Below are positions 27,754 through 41,470 of a DNA stretch of 64,000 bases, piece by piece (the stretch's first letter is position 1; every line of letters begins with the position of its first letter). The notes under the pieces were generated by a model that saw only the letters and a list, made by a program, of their open reading frames with translations, made no database searches and was not told the origin of the DNA. This stretch comes from Blepharisma stoltei ATCC 30299 (taxonomy: Eukaryota; Protista; Ciliophora): the NCBI GenBank assembly GCA_965603825.1, contig CBFDEM010000043.1, positions 496,001-560,000 of the forward strand, written 5' to 3'. Made by a program: the position numbers and the translations under genes.

Positions 27754-28706
27754 AAAAACCAAAAAAAATTGATAAAAGTCCTTAAATTATTTATTTTAAT
27801 TAATTATATCTTCAATTAGATCAAAATATTTTATTTAAGCATAATCTTTTTTACTATTATGATTTTTTTTTTCTAGTGTGAATGAATTATTAAATTTGAA
27901 CAAATATATAAAATAATAAATAAATATTAATAAATAATTTGAGGTGCATTAATTCCATTCTCATTCTGTTTTTTAATAACTTAGAAGGCTTTTAAGAGTT
28001 TTAACAATCAAATATTCATTTGCGCTAAGGAATAAGCCTGAAACACTTTAATTAAAAAAAGTGAAAGGTAGATTTAATTAAGTAATATTTGAATTTAAGT
28101 CTCAAAATAATTTAATAAAGAAGCCTTGTGCGCATAATTTGGAATTTTAATATTAAGAGGTACTATTTTGAGTTATGAGCTAATATAAAAATGATAGATA
28201 AGATAAGCACAATAAGATGTTATGAGCCGATGTGTGATTGCGAAGCTAAATTTTGGTGAACTGCACTTCCCCTTATACATATTCTTGCAAGAGCCATAGT
28301 GGAGCATTGCACATTTAATAAGAGCTTCATGATCTCAATTTTATTTTTTCAATGCTAGTTGAAGGCACAAAAAAAGCTCTCCTTAACTTTCTTGCATAAG
28401 AAAAGACGAAAGTCAGTGCACTTAAAACTTAATTAAGCCATTACAGATGCTTAAATTAACCCATTCTAATTATAGAAATTCCCTTTGATATCACAGCAAG
28501 AGAATATTTAAGGCTAGATGTCAACTAGAACATAAAGAATTCCTTATTGCAACTCTATCAATTATCATCAATAATAATTATTTTTCGCACTTAAATCCCA
28601 CTGCAACAAAGGCTTTGAAAACCTTATGAGACGCTTTTTGCAAATTTAATTATATTACAGATTAATTATTAAATTTGTATCTAAATTATTTTATTTCATT
28701 AGTCTC

Positions 28707-30222
28707 CTATTGGATGCTTCTTTGCTCTTGCATTGTGCTCACAGTAGAATCATAATCAAGATCATGAATTTGTAAGGATTTGTCTTCTATTATTTATTTC
28801 ATTCCTGGTTTGGCATATGCGATTTAATTTCATTCAAAACGACTCTTCTTTTTCTAATAACAAATTTATTTGCAAAACTTTTTAAAAACCAATCATATAG
28901 CTTTTTTATTCCTTGGACAAAGTTGATAAGAATAGATATTATATGAAGTAGTAAAGAAAAGCTTAATAAAGATATTAAACCCCACCCAATATTTGTTCGA
29001 GTATCATCAGATAAACCATCATCTAAAAGCTTCATTATTAAACAATTAGAAGAAAAGTAACAAATTTCACAAGCTATGTTCAGGCTGTTTCCCAAAACCG
29101 ATTTCTCATATGGTCTCAATAATATTAATAAAATTGTATAAATAAATGATGAAGTTACTAAAAAAGTCACTTACAAAACTACATGGTCATATAAAAATGC
29201 ACATAAGGAAACCAAAATAACTTACGGATATTTTGAAATAAAAGAAATGATACTGCAAATTTAGAGCTTCTTTTAAATTCTGCATAAAGGACTCCATATC
29301 GTCTTTCATGAGATTCTTTATTGAGCTTTTCTTCAGATTTCAATGTAATTCGACAAATAATAAGCACAAAAGTCAATAAAAGATAAATTGTTGCTAGAAT
29401 GCTCAAAGCCAAGGAAAGGTAGCCGATATTCTGGCTTGGTAATGAAATTTCTCTTAATTGGAGAAAAATTGAAAGTGTAGTTTCCAGGAAGGACTCAATT
29501 CCAATTCTAAGGAGAATTGAAAATAAAAATAATTTTTTAAGGGATCTATTATTGAAACGCTTGGACTTAATTTAAATAATATCAAAGAAATAAGCAATCC
29601 TATTAAAATAGCAGTTCAAACCAATAGAAACTGCCCATAGTTCATAAGAAAGTCTGTATTTAAATTTTCATCAACAAAATTTTGTGGAGGGTCTGGAAAA
29701 GGGTCAGTTTTGACTAAATATCTCTCAAAAGGATTTGGCAAGAATCTCCCATTTGCCATTCCAAGTGCTTTTAGATATGATATGAAATTATCAGGGTATT
29801 TCGGTGATAGGTATATCAAATAATTTTGGAGCTGCATAGTTTCGATCATACCCCATGTCGCTTGCAGGTCAAGAAATCCTACAGAAAATGTAGATAGAAT
29901 TGAAACAACTAGAGAAATGCTTAGAGTAGTTGCTGCTGCTGTTTTAACTGAAGAAGATATTACTTGGCCTGCTTTATAAATATAAGATTCCATTAATTTT
30001 GTAGAAACTGATTTTTCTTGCTATATCATATATTTTGACCCAAAATGAAATTCCAAAGCTTGGCTGAATTTCTTCACCTGGCAAGACAGCTTCTGTAAGC
30101 TTTATATCAATATCAGTATTTTCATCTAAATATTGAGAGTATTGAGGTGGGAAGATTGAGGAAACACTTGAAATTGCATTTGTGCCAAGGTGGAGAAAGA
30201 AAAGAAGAAACAGCAAAGCCAT
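28707..30222 (-). pseudogene. Copy-4/7-type pseudogene with a ~3.1 kb internal deletion
   Basis: The signal peptide and start of LamG1 are joined out of frame, at ~30020, to the end of the Ig-like domain. There are further 1-nt deletions (~29547, ~29223) and a CAA>TAA nonsense change at 29171-29173. Confidence 0.88.
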
Positions 30223-30314
30223 ATATATTATAAACTTAAAGATTTTTGTATTTAATTTTTTGGTTTTTATAAATTGATATTTTTATTTATTCCTAAATCA
30301 ATTTTTTTGCATTT

Positions 30315-33300
30315 TTAGACTTCTTTCTCTGTGATTTCAAATTGATTTTGATGAGTGTTAATAAAAAGAGTATCACTCGTCCTCACACCTGTGCTTCTAA
30401 GGCTACATATACTCTCTTCATTTGACTTTTCAGGTGGTTTTCCTTCAAAATAAGCCATGCTTTCACTTATATCTTCTGCATTATTTGTTGGTTCATTAGA
30501 TTTTATTTTATTTAATAAAATAATCCTTTTTCTAATTTCGACAAATTTATTTGCAAAATTTTTCATGAATCAGCTGCTAAATTGTTTTATTCCTTTTATC
30601 AAGTTTAGTGTTTGAACTATTAAGATTGATATAATATGAAGCAGCAATGACATGCCCAAGAGTGATATTATAGCCCAACCAAGATTTTCTCGGTAATCAT
30701 CCGATATTTTATCGTCTAATAACTTCAGTATAAAGCAATGTGCAATAAAATAAAATATTTCGCATGATATATGCAACCCATTTCCCAAGTACAAACTTTT
30801 AAATGGTTTTAGTAAAATTAAAGAAATTGTATACATAAATGATAATGTGACTGAAAGTACCATTTGAGCAGTTGCATAATCGCACAAAAATACACAAAAA
30901 GCTACACAAAGAACCCTTCGTGAGTTTTGGAATAATATAAAAGATGCTGAAAGCTTAGAGTCTCTTTTAAATCCTTCATATAAAGATCCAAATTGCCGTT
31001 CATGCATTTTCATGTTGAGTGTTTGTTTGGATTTTAAAGTAACCTGCCAAAATATAAGTACAAATGTTAAGACAAGATAAACCAGTGTTAAAATACTCAA
31101 AGTCAATGAAATATATCCTATATCTTGACTTGGATGGGAAAATTCTCTTAGTTGAAGTAGAACTGAAAGGGTGATTTCTAAAAATGATTCAATGCCAGTT
31201 CTGAGTAAGACTGAAAATGAATATGAGTTTTTAAGATTTCTGATAATTGAAAATCTAGGCCAATACTTATATAAAACCAAAGCTATGAGAAATCCAAGTA
31301 AAATTAGAACCCAAACTAATATAAATTGGCCAGAGTTCATAAGAAAATCAGTATTATAATTTTGGTCTATAAATTTTTGAGGAGGATCAGAAAATGGGTC
31401 ATTTTTCACGAAATAAAGCTGGAAAGGATTTGGCAAAAAATTCCCATTTGCGATACCAAGTGCTTCTAAATATGATATAAGGTTATCAGGATATTTTGGG
31501 GATAAAAATATCAAATAATTTTGGATTTGCATTATTTCGACCATACTCCACAAAGCTTGAAAATTAAAAGACCCCATAAGAAATCCTACTGACAAAGATC
31601 CTATAGCAGAACTAGCAGCAGTCACTGTTGTTGCTGTTGTAACTGAAGATTTGATAGCTTCCCCAGTTGTATACACAAAAGATTCAAGCAAATTAGTGGA
31701 TGCTGAGCTTTCTTTCATTTCATTTCCATTCATATCAACTATAGAGCTTGGATTTTTAAATGTCACCTTTACACTAGTTCCTGCAGACACATTTTCGTGC
31801 ATATTTAAAGTGATGATATATAAAGAATTTTTTTCCATAATAGACCAGTTGAATTTTAAAGTGTTTTTTATTTCTATTTTGATGTTTTTTGAAACTTCAG
31901 TCCCAAAATTAACGGCTTCACTAAATGCTAATATAAGAAGGTAGCCTGAACTGTTTTCACTTAGATATGCTAGAACTGGTGTAGGCGGGGTTATATCCTT
32001 GCATACGTCAGGAGAGTTTGCACTTCCTCCAAAGCAAGACCATCCAATTTCTACTGCACAACTAGAAGAGCAGCCATCTCCATTACGATTATTTCCATCA
32101 TCACATTGAGATTGTCCCATATTTCTTCCATCTCCACAAACTTCAATACAATTTGAAGATAATTTACTAAATAAATCATCAGTAAAATATGAAATAGAAA
32201 CAGCAAAATAAGTGGAATAACCTTCAAATGAATCACAAGGGTAGCATTTATTTGATTCATAAAGAACAGGCAAATTTGATCCGCAGGAAGTACAATTTGA
32301 AGAATTTTCAGAACAAGTCAAACATGAATTGTCACATTTTAAGCATTTATTAGAAGAGCCAATAAAATAACCATCTGGGCAACTGCAATGTCGATTTTTT
32401 AGAGCAAAGCTACTTTTGCATATAATGCAAGAATCTCCATCATTGCATCTAAGACAATTATCAGGACATCTAAGGCATTTTTCAGTTTTTAAATCAATAT
32501 AGTGTCCATCTCCGCAAGTGTTTACACATTCATTATCCTGGCTAATATATCCTTTTTGGCATTTGCATTTTCCATCTGCTAAGACAGCATGGGCAACGCA
32601 TTGTGTGCAAGCTCCAATTTCATATTTAGTGCATTTATAGCATAAATCGTCATAGCAGAGATTGCAAGTATCAGCTCTTGAGCATATTCATGAGCATTTA
32701 CTTGAACATTTTTGGCAGGCTCCATTCTCATCTGCATATTCATCTTTATCACAATTTGGCAAGCAAGAATTTAAGACTACTGGACAAGCAGAACAAGAAC
32801 TGCAAGTGCCTAACCCTTGTATAATTTCACTATAGCTTTTCCCATAGTTATACATTTCAAAGCTATATATATATCCATTAAATGCACAGACTTCAAAATT
32901 TCCATTCCCAACTCTGTAGCCTATGCTAGACGGTTCTTTATAATAGCTTGAAATAGTTTCTGTATAATAATTTGTATTTCTTAGTAGAAGGACTTGGCTT
33001 GTTTTGGATAAACTATTAAAAGATAGAGAAACTGAATAAAATTTCCATTCTTTTATAATATTATCAGTAAGTATCATAGCTGTTTTCACTGAATCATTTT
33101 CTTTAGTTTTTATAGTAAATTTAAGCACGTTATGTTCTGTAAAAAACTCTAAAAAATAAATTTTCATATCTTCATAAGTTAAGAGATTTTCACTAAATTT
33201 ATAGCTGGGCATAACACTAAGTGCTGAGAAAAGATAATTCTTATATAGATTTAAAAGAGGCATGGCTCATATTTCTATTGTAAACTCCAAACTTGCAAGC

Positions 33301-35119
33301 TCTCCAGATCGAGACATTTCCTCTATAGTTGCATGCCTCGAACCATCAAAATATAAACCCCTTTTATTAGCTGGATAAGGATCTAAAAAATAGAAATTTG
33401 GGTAATAATCATTTCCTTCCATTCCAAATTGCACTTTTATTCCAGGAATTTCAATTTTTCCTGATAAATTATCATCAAAATTTATACTTGCAATTAATCC
33501 TGGAGTACCCGAACATTGATTAAAAGAATAATCATATTCATAACCATATGGGCAATAATCAAAACACATAAAATACGCGCCTGGCTGAGCAAAATATCCA
33601 CTTGCACAGCTTAAACAATTAGCTTCTGTATCACCAGAGCTGCATGCTGCGCATGAATAATGGCATTCTATTTATTAATTACTTTGACAGATCCCATTTT
33701 TAAGAAAATACCCAATTTCGCACATATCACAGTACCATATTGATGCCCACAATAAGCAGTGTGGATCAAGATAAGTAGCTGCGCTATATATATTGTTATT
33801 ATATTCAATAAAGTTGTATCTATAAAATTATTAGGGTAAAACCGAAAATCTGCATAGTCTCCAGGGGAAATTGTATCGTTAAAACCACCGATATATATGT
33901 CCATATAAATATGATTAAATGGTAAAGCCGCATAAGTGTAAGTAACAGATGATGAAATTAGCGGAAAAAGTGATGAAGGTGGATTAATGCCGTTTTGGCT
34001 ATAAAGAGTCAATAATTTAGAGCCAGAGTTAAGAGTGATAGCAAAAAAGAACCAGCTTCCAATATAGCTTGAACTAGTTATTGATACTGAGTCATATGCA
34101 TCATTAGTGCCATCAGTGCTATATATTGTTGCTTCCAGCTTATCACAGTCAAAAGTAGATGAGCTTAAAGCTAATTCAATATAGACCTTAAATAATTTTT
34201 TGCTATATATCATTAAGAATGTAAAGCCTCCCGATGGGCATGACTCAAATTGAAACCATCCTGTAATCGAAAAGTCACCTCATAGTGCCGAGCTTATCTC
34301 ATAATAAACGCTATTACTGTAGTTAAACTGGTAAACTTCATCAAATACAGTTAAATAAGGAGAATCTGAATACAAAGCAGGACCAAACAAGGGGAAAAAA
34401 TTTTCAATTTGTGACTCACACCATTGATCGCATTTTCCATAATCTATGCTTGGAAATAAACTTGTACAGCTAACTGCAGCACAAGATGAGGAATATTGAG
34501 ACTTTCAATCTGAAACTTCGTTATAAATATTATTATGGATCCTAAAGTCACCAATTCTTCATTTAAATTCATAACTTCCTGTCAATATTAAAAATGAGTT
34601 TACTTTTATTGATATTTCTGAGTTGAAAAATCCTGATACATAGAATTCTGATCCTAAATTATTGTAGTAAAAAAGGCAAGATCTATTCTCAAAGCCAGCT
34701 GATATTCCAATAAATATTCAATTTGCAGAGATAGTCTAAATAAAGCATACATAAGGTAAATTTAGTACTGAAAAATTTTCATTCCAAAAATTAAGCCATA
34801 CTAATATAAATTCATGCGATAAGTTAGAATAAAAAAGACTAACAAAATCTTCGCTATCTCTTTCTTTAGCATCAGGAGGGATAATTCTAAATATTTGCCC
34901 AGGAATGAATACCTCAAAGATTTTGACCCAAAATGAAAGGCCAAATTTGTGTTGAATGCTATCTCCTGCTAAAACTGCTTCACTCAGTTTGATTTGAAGA
35001 GATGATGAATCGAAATTATAAGAATATTGAGGTGGGAATATATAAGAAACACTAGAACTAGCTCCTCAGCTGAGTTCTACAAAGAATAGGAGAAAAATCC
35101 AAGATGTCATAGTATTCAT
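30315..35119 (-). pseudogene. Copy 6 (inverted twin of copy 5) with a 1-nt frameshift at ~33805; introns 34736-34750, 33668-33682
   Basis: ATG 35119. It reads 'ttg aa tat aat aac' versus copy 5 'ttg cag tat aat aac'; ORF 33668-34213 loses homology at DTTLL|NIITIY. Downstream pieces share one frame to the stop at 30315. Confidence 0.72.
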
Positions 35120-35652
35120 TTTATTTTTATTAATAAGAAGATGCAAAATTCTGAATTTTAATTGTTGTGAGTATAAAATCATGTCTATATAAAATTTTAG
35201 ATATTATATCGATCAAAATTGGATTTTAAATATTTGCTCCCCAAAATGGTTGCCAAAATAAAATATTAATAAAAAATAAAAAAGTTGCCAGATTTTAGGC
35301 GAATTTGGAAAAGCGATATTAATATATAATGGCACTAAGATTATTAAGTAGGAGCATTAGAATAATGTATTTTTAAGCAGCTAAAAAATTTCATATGCTT
35401 ATTTGTTATAAATAAATTAATATTATACATTTTTAACAGAAGAAGAATATTTATGGATAGATGCCAACTAGAAAATTCCTAAAATTTTTCTATCAAATAT
35501 CATCTTGCTGCAATACTAAATATTTTTTCGCATTTAAATCTCCAGTTCTGTAGCAAAGGCCTTACCTTGTGAGGCTCTTTTTGCAAATTTGATTATATTA
35601 AAGATTGATTATTCAATTTATATCTAAATTATTTTATTTCATTAGTCTCCTA

Positions 35653-38600
35653 TTAGATGCTTCTTTGCTCTTGGCTTTGTGCCACAGTAGAATCATGATC
35701 AAGACCATGAATTTGTAAGGATTTGTCTTCCATTATTTGATTTCATTCCTGATTTGGCCTATGCGATTTAATTTCATTCAGAATGACTCTTCTTTTTCTA
35801 ATAACAAATTTATTTGCAAAACTTTTTAAAAACCAATCATATAGCTTTTTTATTCCATAGACTAAGTTGATAAGAATAGATATTATATGAAGTAGCAAAG
35901 AAAAGCTTAATAAGGATATTAAACCCCACCCAATATTTGTTCGATTATCATCAGATAAACCATCATCTAAAAGCTTCAGTATTAAACAATTAGAAGAAAA
36001 GTAACAAATTTCGCAAACTATATTCAGGCTGTTTCCTAAAACCGATTTTTCATATGGTCTCAATAATATCAATAAAGCTGTATAAATAAATGATGAAGTT
36101 ACTAAAAAAGCCACTTGCAAAATTACATGGTCATATAAAAATACACATAAGGAAACCAAAATAACTCTGCGGATATTTTGAAATAAAAGAAATGATGCTG
36201 CAAATTTAGAGTTTCTTTTAAATCCTGCATATAGCACTCCATATCGTCTTTCATGTGATGTTTTATTGAGCGTTTCTGCAGATTTAAATGTAATTTGGCA
36301 AATAATAAGCACAAAATTCAATAAAAGATAAATTGCTGCCAGAATGCTCAAAGCCAAGGAAAGGTAGCCGATACGCTGGCTTGGTAATGAAATTTCTCTT
36401 AATTGGAGAAAAGTTGAAAGTGTAGTTTCCAAGAAGGACTCAATTCCAATTCTAAGGAGAATTGAAAATAAAAATAAGCTTTTAAGGGATCTTATTATTG
36501 AATCGCTTGGCCTTACTTTAAATAATATCAAAGAAATAAGCAATCCTATTAAAATAGCAGTTCAAACCAATAGAAATTGCCCATAGTTCATGAGAAAGTC
36601 TGTGTTTAAATTTTCATCAACAAAATTCTGTGGAGGGTCTGGAAAAGGGTCAGTGTTGACTAAATATCTCGTAAACGGATTTGGCAAGAATCTCCCATTT
36701 GCCATTCCAAGTGCTTTTAGATATGATATGAAATTGTCAGGGTATTTCGGCGATAAGTATATCAAATAATTTTGGATCTGCATAGTTTCGATCATACCCC
36801 ATATCGCTTGCATGTCAAGAAATCCTATAGAAAATGTAGATAATATTGAAACAACTAGAGAAATGCTTACAGTAGTGGTTACTGCTGTTGTAACTGAAGA
36901 AGATATTACTTGGCCTGCTGTATAAATATAAGAATAAGACACCATTAATTTTGTAGAAACTGATTTTTCTTGCATTTCATTTCCATTCACATCAATAATC
37001 AAATTAGGATTTATAAATTCTAATTTTACGACAGTCCCAGCTGATGCATCTTCATGAAGATCTAAATCAACTATATATGTTGAGTTTTCTTTCGAAATAA
37101 TAGACCAGTCAAATTTTAAATTTTCAATTTCTATTTCAATATTTTTAGAGATTTCAATACCAAATGTAACAAGCTCATTAAATGATAAAGTAAGGCAATA
37201 ACCCAAATCGGTTTTACTTAAGTACGCAAGGATTGGATAAGGCGGAGTTGTGTCTTTGCACACATCAGAAGAATTTGCACTCCCTCCAAAGCAATATCAG
37301 CCAATTTCCACTTTACAGCTAGAAGAGCAGCCATCTCCATTTGCATTATTTCCATCATCACATTGAACTTGTCCCATATTTTTTCCATCTCCACAAATTT
37401 CAATACAATTAGAAGATAATTGTGACCATAAATCATCTGTAAAATAAGAAATCGGAATGGCAAAATAAGTAGAGTAGCCTTCAAATGAATTGCATGGATA
37501 GCATTTATTCGAATCATAGAGAATAGGTAAATCTGATATGCAAGAAGTACAGTTTGAAGGAATAATTGAGCAATTCGAGCATGAGATATCACATTTTAAG
37601 CAATTATTTGAAGAATCGCTAAAATATCCATCTGCACATATGCATTTCCCATTATATAAATTCAACCCATTTTTGCATACTAAGCAAGTATTCCCATCTC
37701 CGCATTTTAGACAGTTGATAAAGCAACTAAGGCACTCTTTTGTGATTAGATCAAAATAATACCCATCATGGCATGCTTTTACACATCGCACACCTTGCCT
37801 TCTATATCCATTTTGGCATTCACATTGTCCATTTTTTAGGATTGCATTCTCAACACACTGGATACAAGTCCCAATTTCATATTTAGTGCATTTATAGCAT
37901 AAATCATCATAACAAGGGTTACAACTGCTAGCTCTTGAGCATATGCCATGGCATGAGCTTGGGCATTTCTGGCAATTTCCATCTGCATCCACATATTCAG
38001 TTTTATCACAAGTTGGCAAACAATAATTTAAGACTCCTGGGCAAGCAGAACAAGAACTGCAAGTGCCTAGACTTAACAGGATCTCATTATAGCCTTTTCC
38101 ATAGTTATATAACGCAAAACTATACAGAAATCCATTTAATCCTGATCCTAAAAAATAGGTTAGACAAGAAACATCTTTATAATAGCTTAGAGCTATTTTT
38201 ACTTCATATTTTTCATTTCAAACAAGAGTAACTTGAGTATGTTTATATGAATCATCAAAGGAGACTGAAGCAGAATAAAAAGCTCATTCCTTATTTTTCT
38301 GCTCATTTTCATATAAACTCGCTTCAATTATCGAAGATTCTCTTGTAAGGATATTAAGACTAAGAATTTTCTCATTATGTCTTCGAAACAAGATATATGT
38401 TGCACCTGCAATATCTTGTTGGGCACTTAAAAATGATTGAGGGTCTCATTTAAATAGCATTGCTCAAAATTCAATCGTAAAATCAGAGCCTAGAATCCTT
38501 CTATTTTGTGTTGATTCTTCTAGCACAAATTGATCAGCTTCAGATTTACCTATATAGATTCCTCTTTTATTGGCCGGGAACAAACTATGATAATTTTGAT

Positions 38601-40314
38601 TATCAGTCTTAAAATAATCTATTAATTTGAGAGTGGATGCATTATAATCCAGCAGTAGATTGTTATCAAAGTTGATATTTGCAATAGAGCCTTGAGTTCC
38701 TGTACATTGGTTTAAAGTCGAGTCAGAAGTAAAGCCTAATGGGCAATAATCAAAACATATAGAAGGATGGTTTGGCTGAGCATAATATCCACTTGCACAA
38801 CCTAAACAATTTATTTCTGTGTCATCAGAGCTGCATGCAGCACATGAAGGGTGACATTCTATTTATTAATTACTTTGACATATCCCATTTTTAGCATAAT
38901 AACCAATTTCACAAGCACCGCAGTACCAAATTGAGGATCATGATGTGCAATAAGGATCAAGATAGGTAGCAGCGCTATATATGTTGTTATTATATTCAAT
39001 TAAAGTAGCATCTATGCTGTTTCCAGGATAAAATCGAAAGTCTGCATAATTTCCTGGATATTTTTGCTTCGGAGTTCCTCCAATATATATACCTTTATCA
39101 GAAGTAAAAGCTGGTGCTGTATATGTATAAGTAATTGAAGATGAAACAAGAGGGTAAGTAGCCGATGGAGGGTTAGGACTACTTTGGGTATAAATCTTTA
39201 ACAATTTAGAACTAGAATTAATAGTGACAGCAAAGAAAATCCAATTCCCAATATAATTGGCCCCATTAATGGCAGTCGAATCATAAGCTATATTAGTCCC
39301 ATCTGTGCTATATATTTTAGCTTTCATCATATCACAATTGCTTGCACTAGTCGCCAAATTTACTTGCAAATATGTCTTATGGGATTTTTCAATTTGAAAA
39401 AAAGTTGGCTCTTTGCATATAGAAAATTGAAACCAGCCTGTAATTGAATAGTCGCTTCATCCAATTGTAGGCACAGAAACATCATTATATACAAAAGATT
39501 GGCTATGAAAATAATATGGCAAATCATTTGAAGACAAATAAGGCGCATTTGCATATAATTTTGGCTCAAATAAAGGGAAAAACCATTCAGTTTGTGAAGC
39601 GCACCATTGGTCACATTTTCCATAATCTATGCTTGGAAACAAACTTGCACAGCTTACTCCTGCACAAGATGAGGAATATTGCAGTCTTCAGTCATAAAAT
39701 TCATTGTAAATGTTATTGTGGATTCTAAAATCGCTAATTCTTACTTGGAAAGAGTCAAATTCTAAAATTCGCAAGTGTGAGTTGACAGGTATTGATGTTT
39801 CTATATCAAAATCTTCTGAAATGTAAGACTCAGTTCCAAAATTATTATAATAAAAAAGGCATGATTTATTTTCAGTGCTTGCAGATATTCCGATAAATAT
39901 CCAGTTATCAGAAGGAGTCTATGTTATTTTTACATAAGATAGCTTCAAAATTGATGAGGGACCAGCATTTTCTTGTGCCCACTCTAAAAAGAAATAAAAA
40001 GATGATGATGGCAACAAATATGAATATTTAAGGCCAAGATAATTGTTAAATTTTCAATTTGATTTGGATTTCGACTTTGATTGGTCTATTAAAAATATAA
40101 ATTGGTCGCTTTTTATATCATATATTTTGATCCAAAAGGAAATTCCAAAGCTTGGCTGAATTTCTTCACCAGACAAGATTGCTTCTGTAAGCTTTATGTC
40201 AATATTAGTATTTCAATCTAAATATTGAGAGTATTGAGGTGGGAAGACTGAGGAAACGCTTGAAATTGCATTTATGCCAAGTTGGAGAAAGAAAAGAAGA
40301 AACACCCAAACCAT
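35653..40314 (-). CDS. Copy 7 (inverted twin of copy 4), ~1543 aa; introns 39919-39933, 38859-38873
   Basis: Single frame with TGA=Trp from ATG 40314 to TAA 35653-35655. Confidence 0.85.
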
Positions 40315-40390
40315 ATATATTATAGACTTAAAAATTTTTGTATTTAATTTCTTTGTTTTTATTAATTGATATTTTTATTCATTCCTAAGT

Positions 40391-40540
40391 GAAGGTAGAT
40401 ATGAAGAGGCACTAATATATTACAATGATGCAATTAGAATTAATCCAAATAATAGAAATATATATAAATAAAGAAAATGCCTGTCGAAAATTAATCATAG
40501 CGAAGAAGCTGATGAATCTATAAAGAAGCAAATATTCTGA
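40391..40540 (+). pseudogene. TPR-repeat gene remnant
   Basis: Translates EGRYEEALIYYNDAIRINPNNRNIYK*RKCLSKINHSEEADE, a TPR consensus with an internal TAA and no start codon. Confidence 0.65.
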
Positions 40541-41470
40541 AAAACGCTCACAAATAATATACTAAAATTTTATTACAAATTGTTTTCTATAGATTTTAAG
40601 CATATATAATTATAATGTTTGCTTATCATAACCAAATTTATCTGCATTTTTTTGGAGCAGCTCAATACGGTCTCGGACTAATACGCCGCTAATAAAATTG
40701 ATATCATTTCAGAAAAATTTCATCCTTGCCTGATTTTCTTGCTTCAAATTATCAGCCTTATTATAGTCCTGCAAAGCTGCTTCTTCTTGTCTGAGGTTAT
40801 TAAATACTCTAGCTCGGCTGCAGAAATACTTAATATTTTGTTATAAAATATCATTTATTATGACGAAAAGAAGACGTAAAGTAGAGAGAATGCTAAAACA
40901 TTAGAAGTAGTTTAATATTAGTTATGAGGTTTTAAAGGATTTTAAGCGATTTTTCTTATTACACCATTTATTAGTAGAAATAATTTAAGATGGATATCAA
41001 GCAGGATTAATTCGATTATTTTTGCATTATTGAAGAAGGAAATTAATTGAGTGAAGTTTTAAGCCTTTGCAAACTTTTCGAATTTAATTACCTTCAGGTG
41101 AAATCATGGTTCAATATAAAAATATTTTTTGTTGCATAAGGGCTACTACTCTACAATCCTGCCTGACTTTTCTTTTATTATAAAGGCTCTGTGATAAGGA
41201 TTTGCCTCTCTAAATCAGTTTTCTCATTGTAAACGCCCTTTTCAACAGGCTAAAATGCTTCAATCAGAAATGTATAGTATCATATTTATTATTCCAAAAT
41301 TTTCTTAAAATTTTCTGCAAATTTACTTTATATATCATGCATGCTGTGATAATAGCTTTAATCCGATAGGAGCTATATAGAAGTATCAATAATTTATAGA
41401 TAAGAATTTTTATAATTATAAATAGGCCCTTTTTAGCATTTTGCTAGTTTGAGCCAATAAAATTAATAAA

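Larger units (their letters stand above)
17717..27755. repeat. Left arm of a ~10 kb inverted duplication (copy 4, spacer, copy 5)
   Basis: Both genes and the intergenic spacer (22420-22950) match the reverse complement of 30310-40385. Ends are approximate. Confidence 0.88.
30310..40385. repeat. Right arm of the ~10 kb inverted duplication (copy 6, spacer, copy 7)
   Basis: Reverse-complement match to 17717-27755, including spacer 35120-35650. Confidence 0.88.

Noticed and set aside
30000-30040. Deletion junction as a canonical TA-bounded IES excision
   Set aside because: The shared junction sequence is CAAG, with no TA at the downstream boundary.
39060-39100. The 15-nt length difference between copies 7 and 4 as an intron loss
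   Set aside because: The missing segment is not GT..AG; the nearby gtatatatattggag lacks the position-10 A and does not coincide with the gap.
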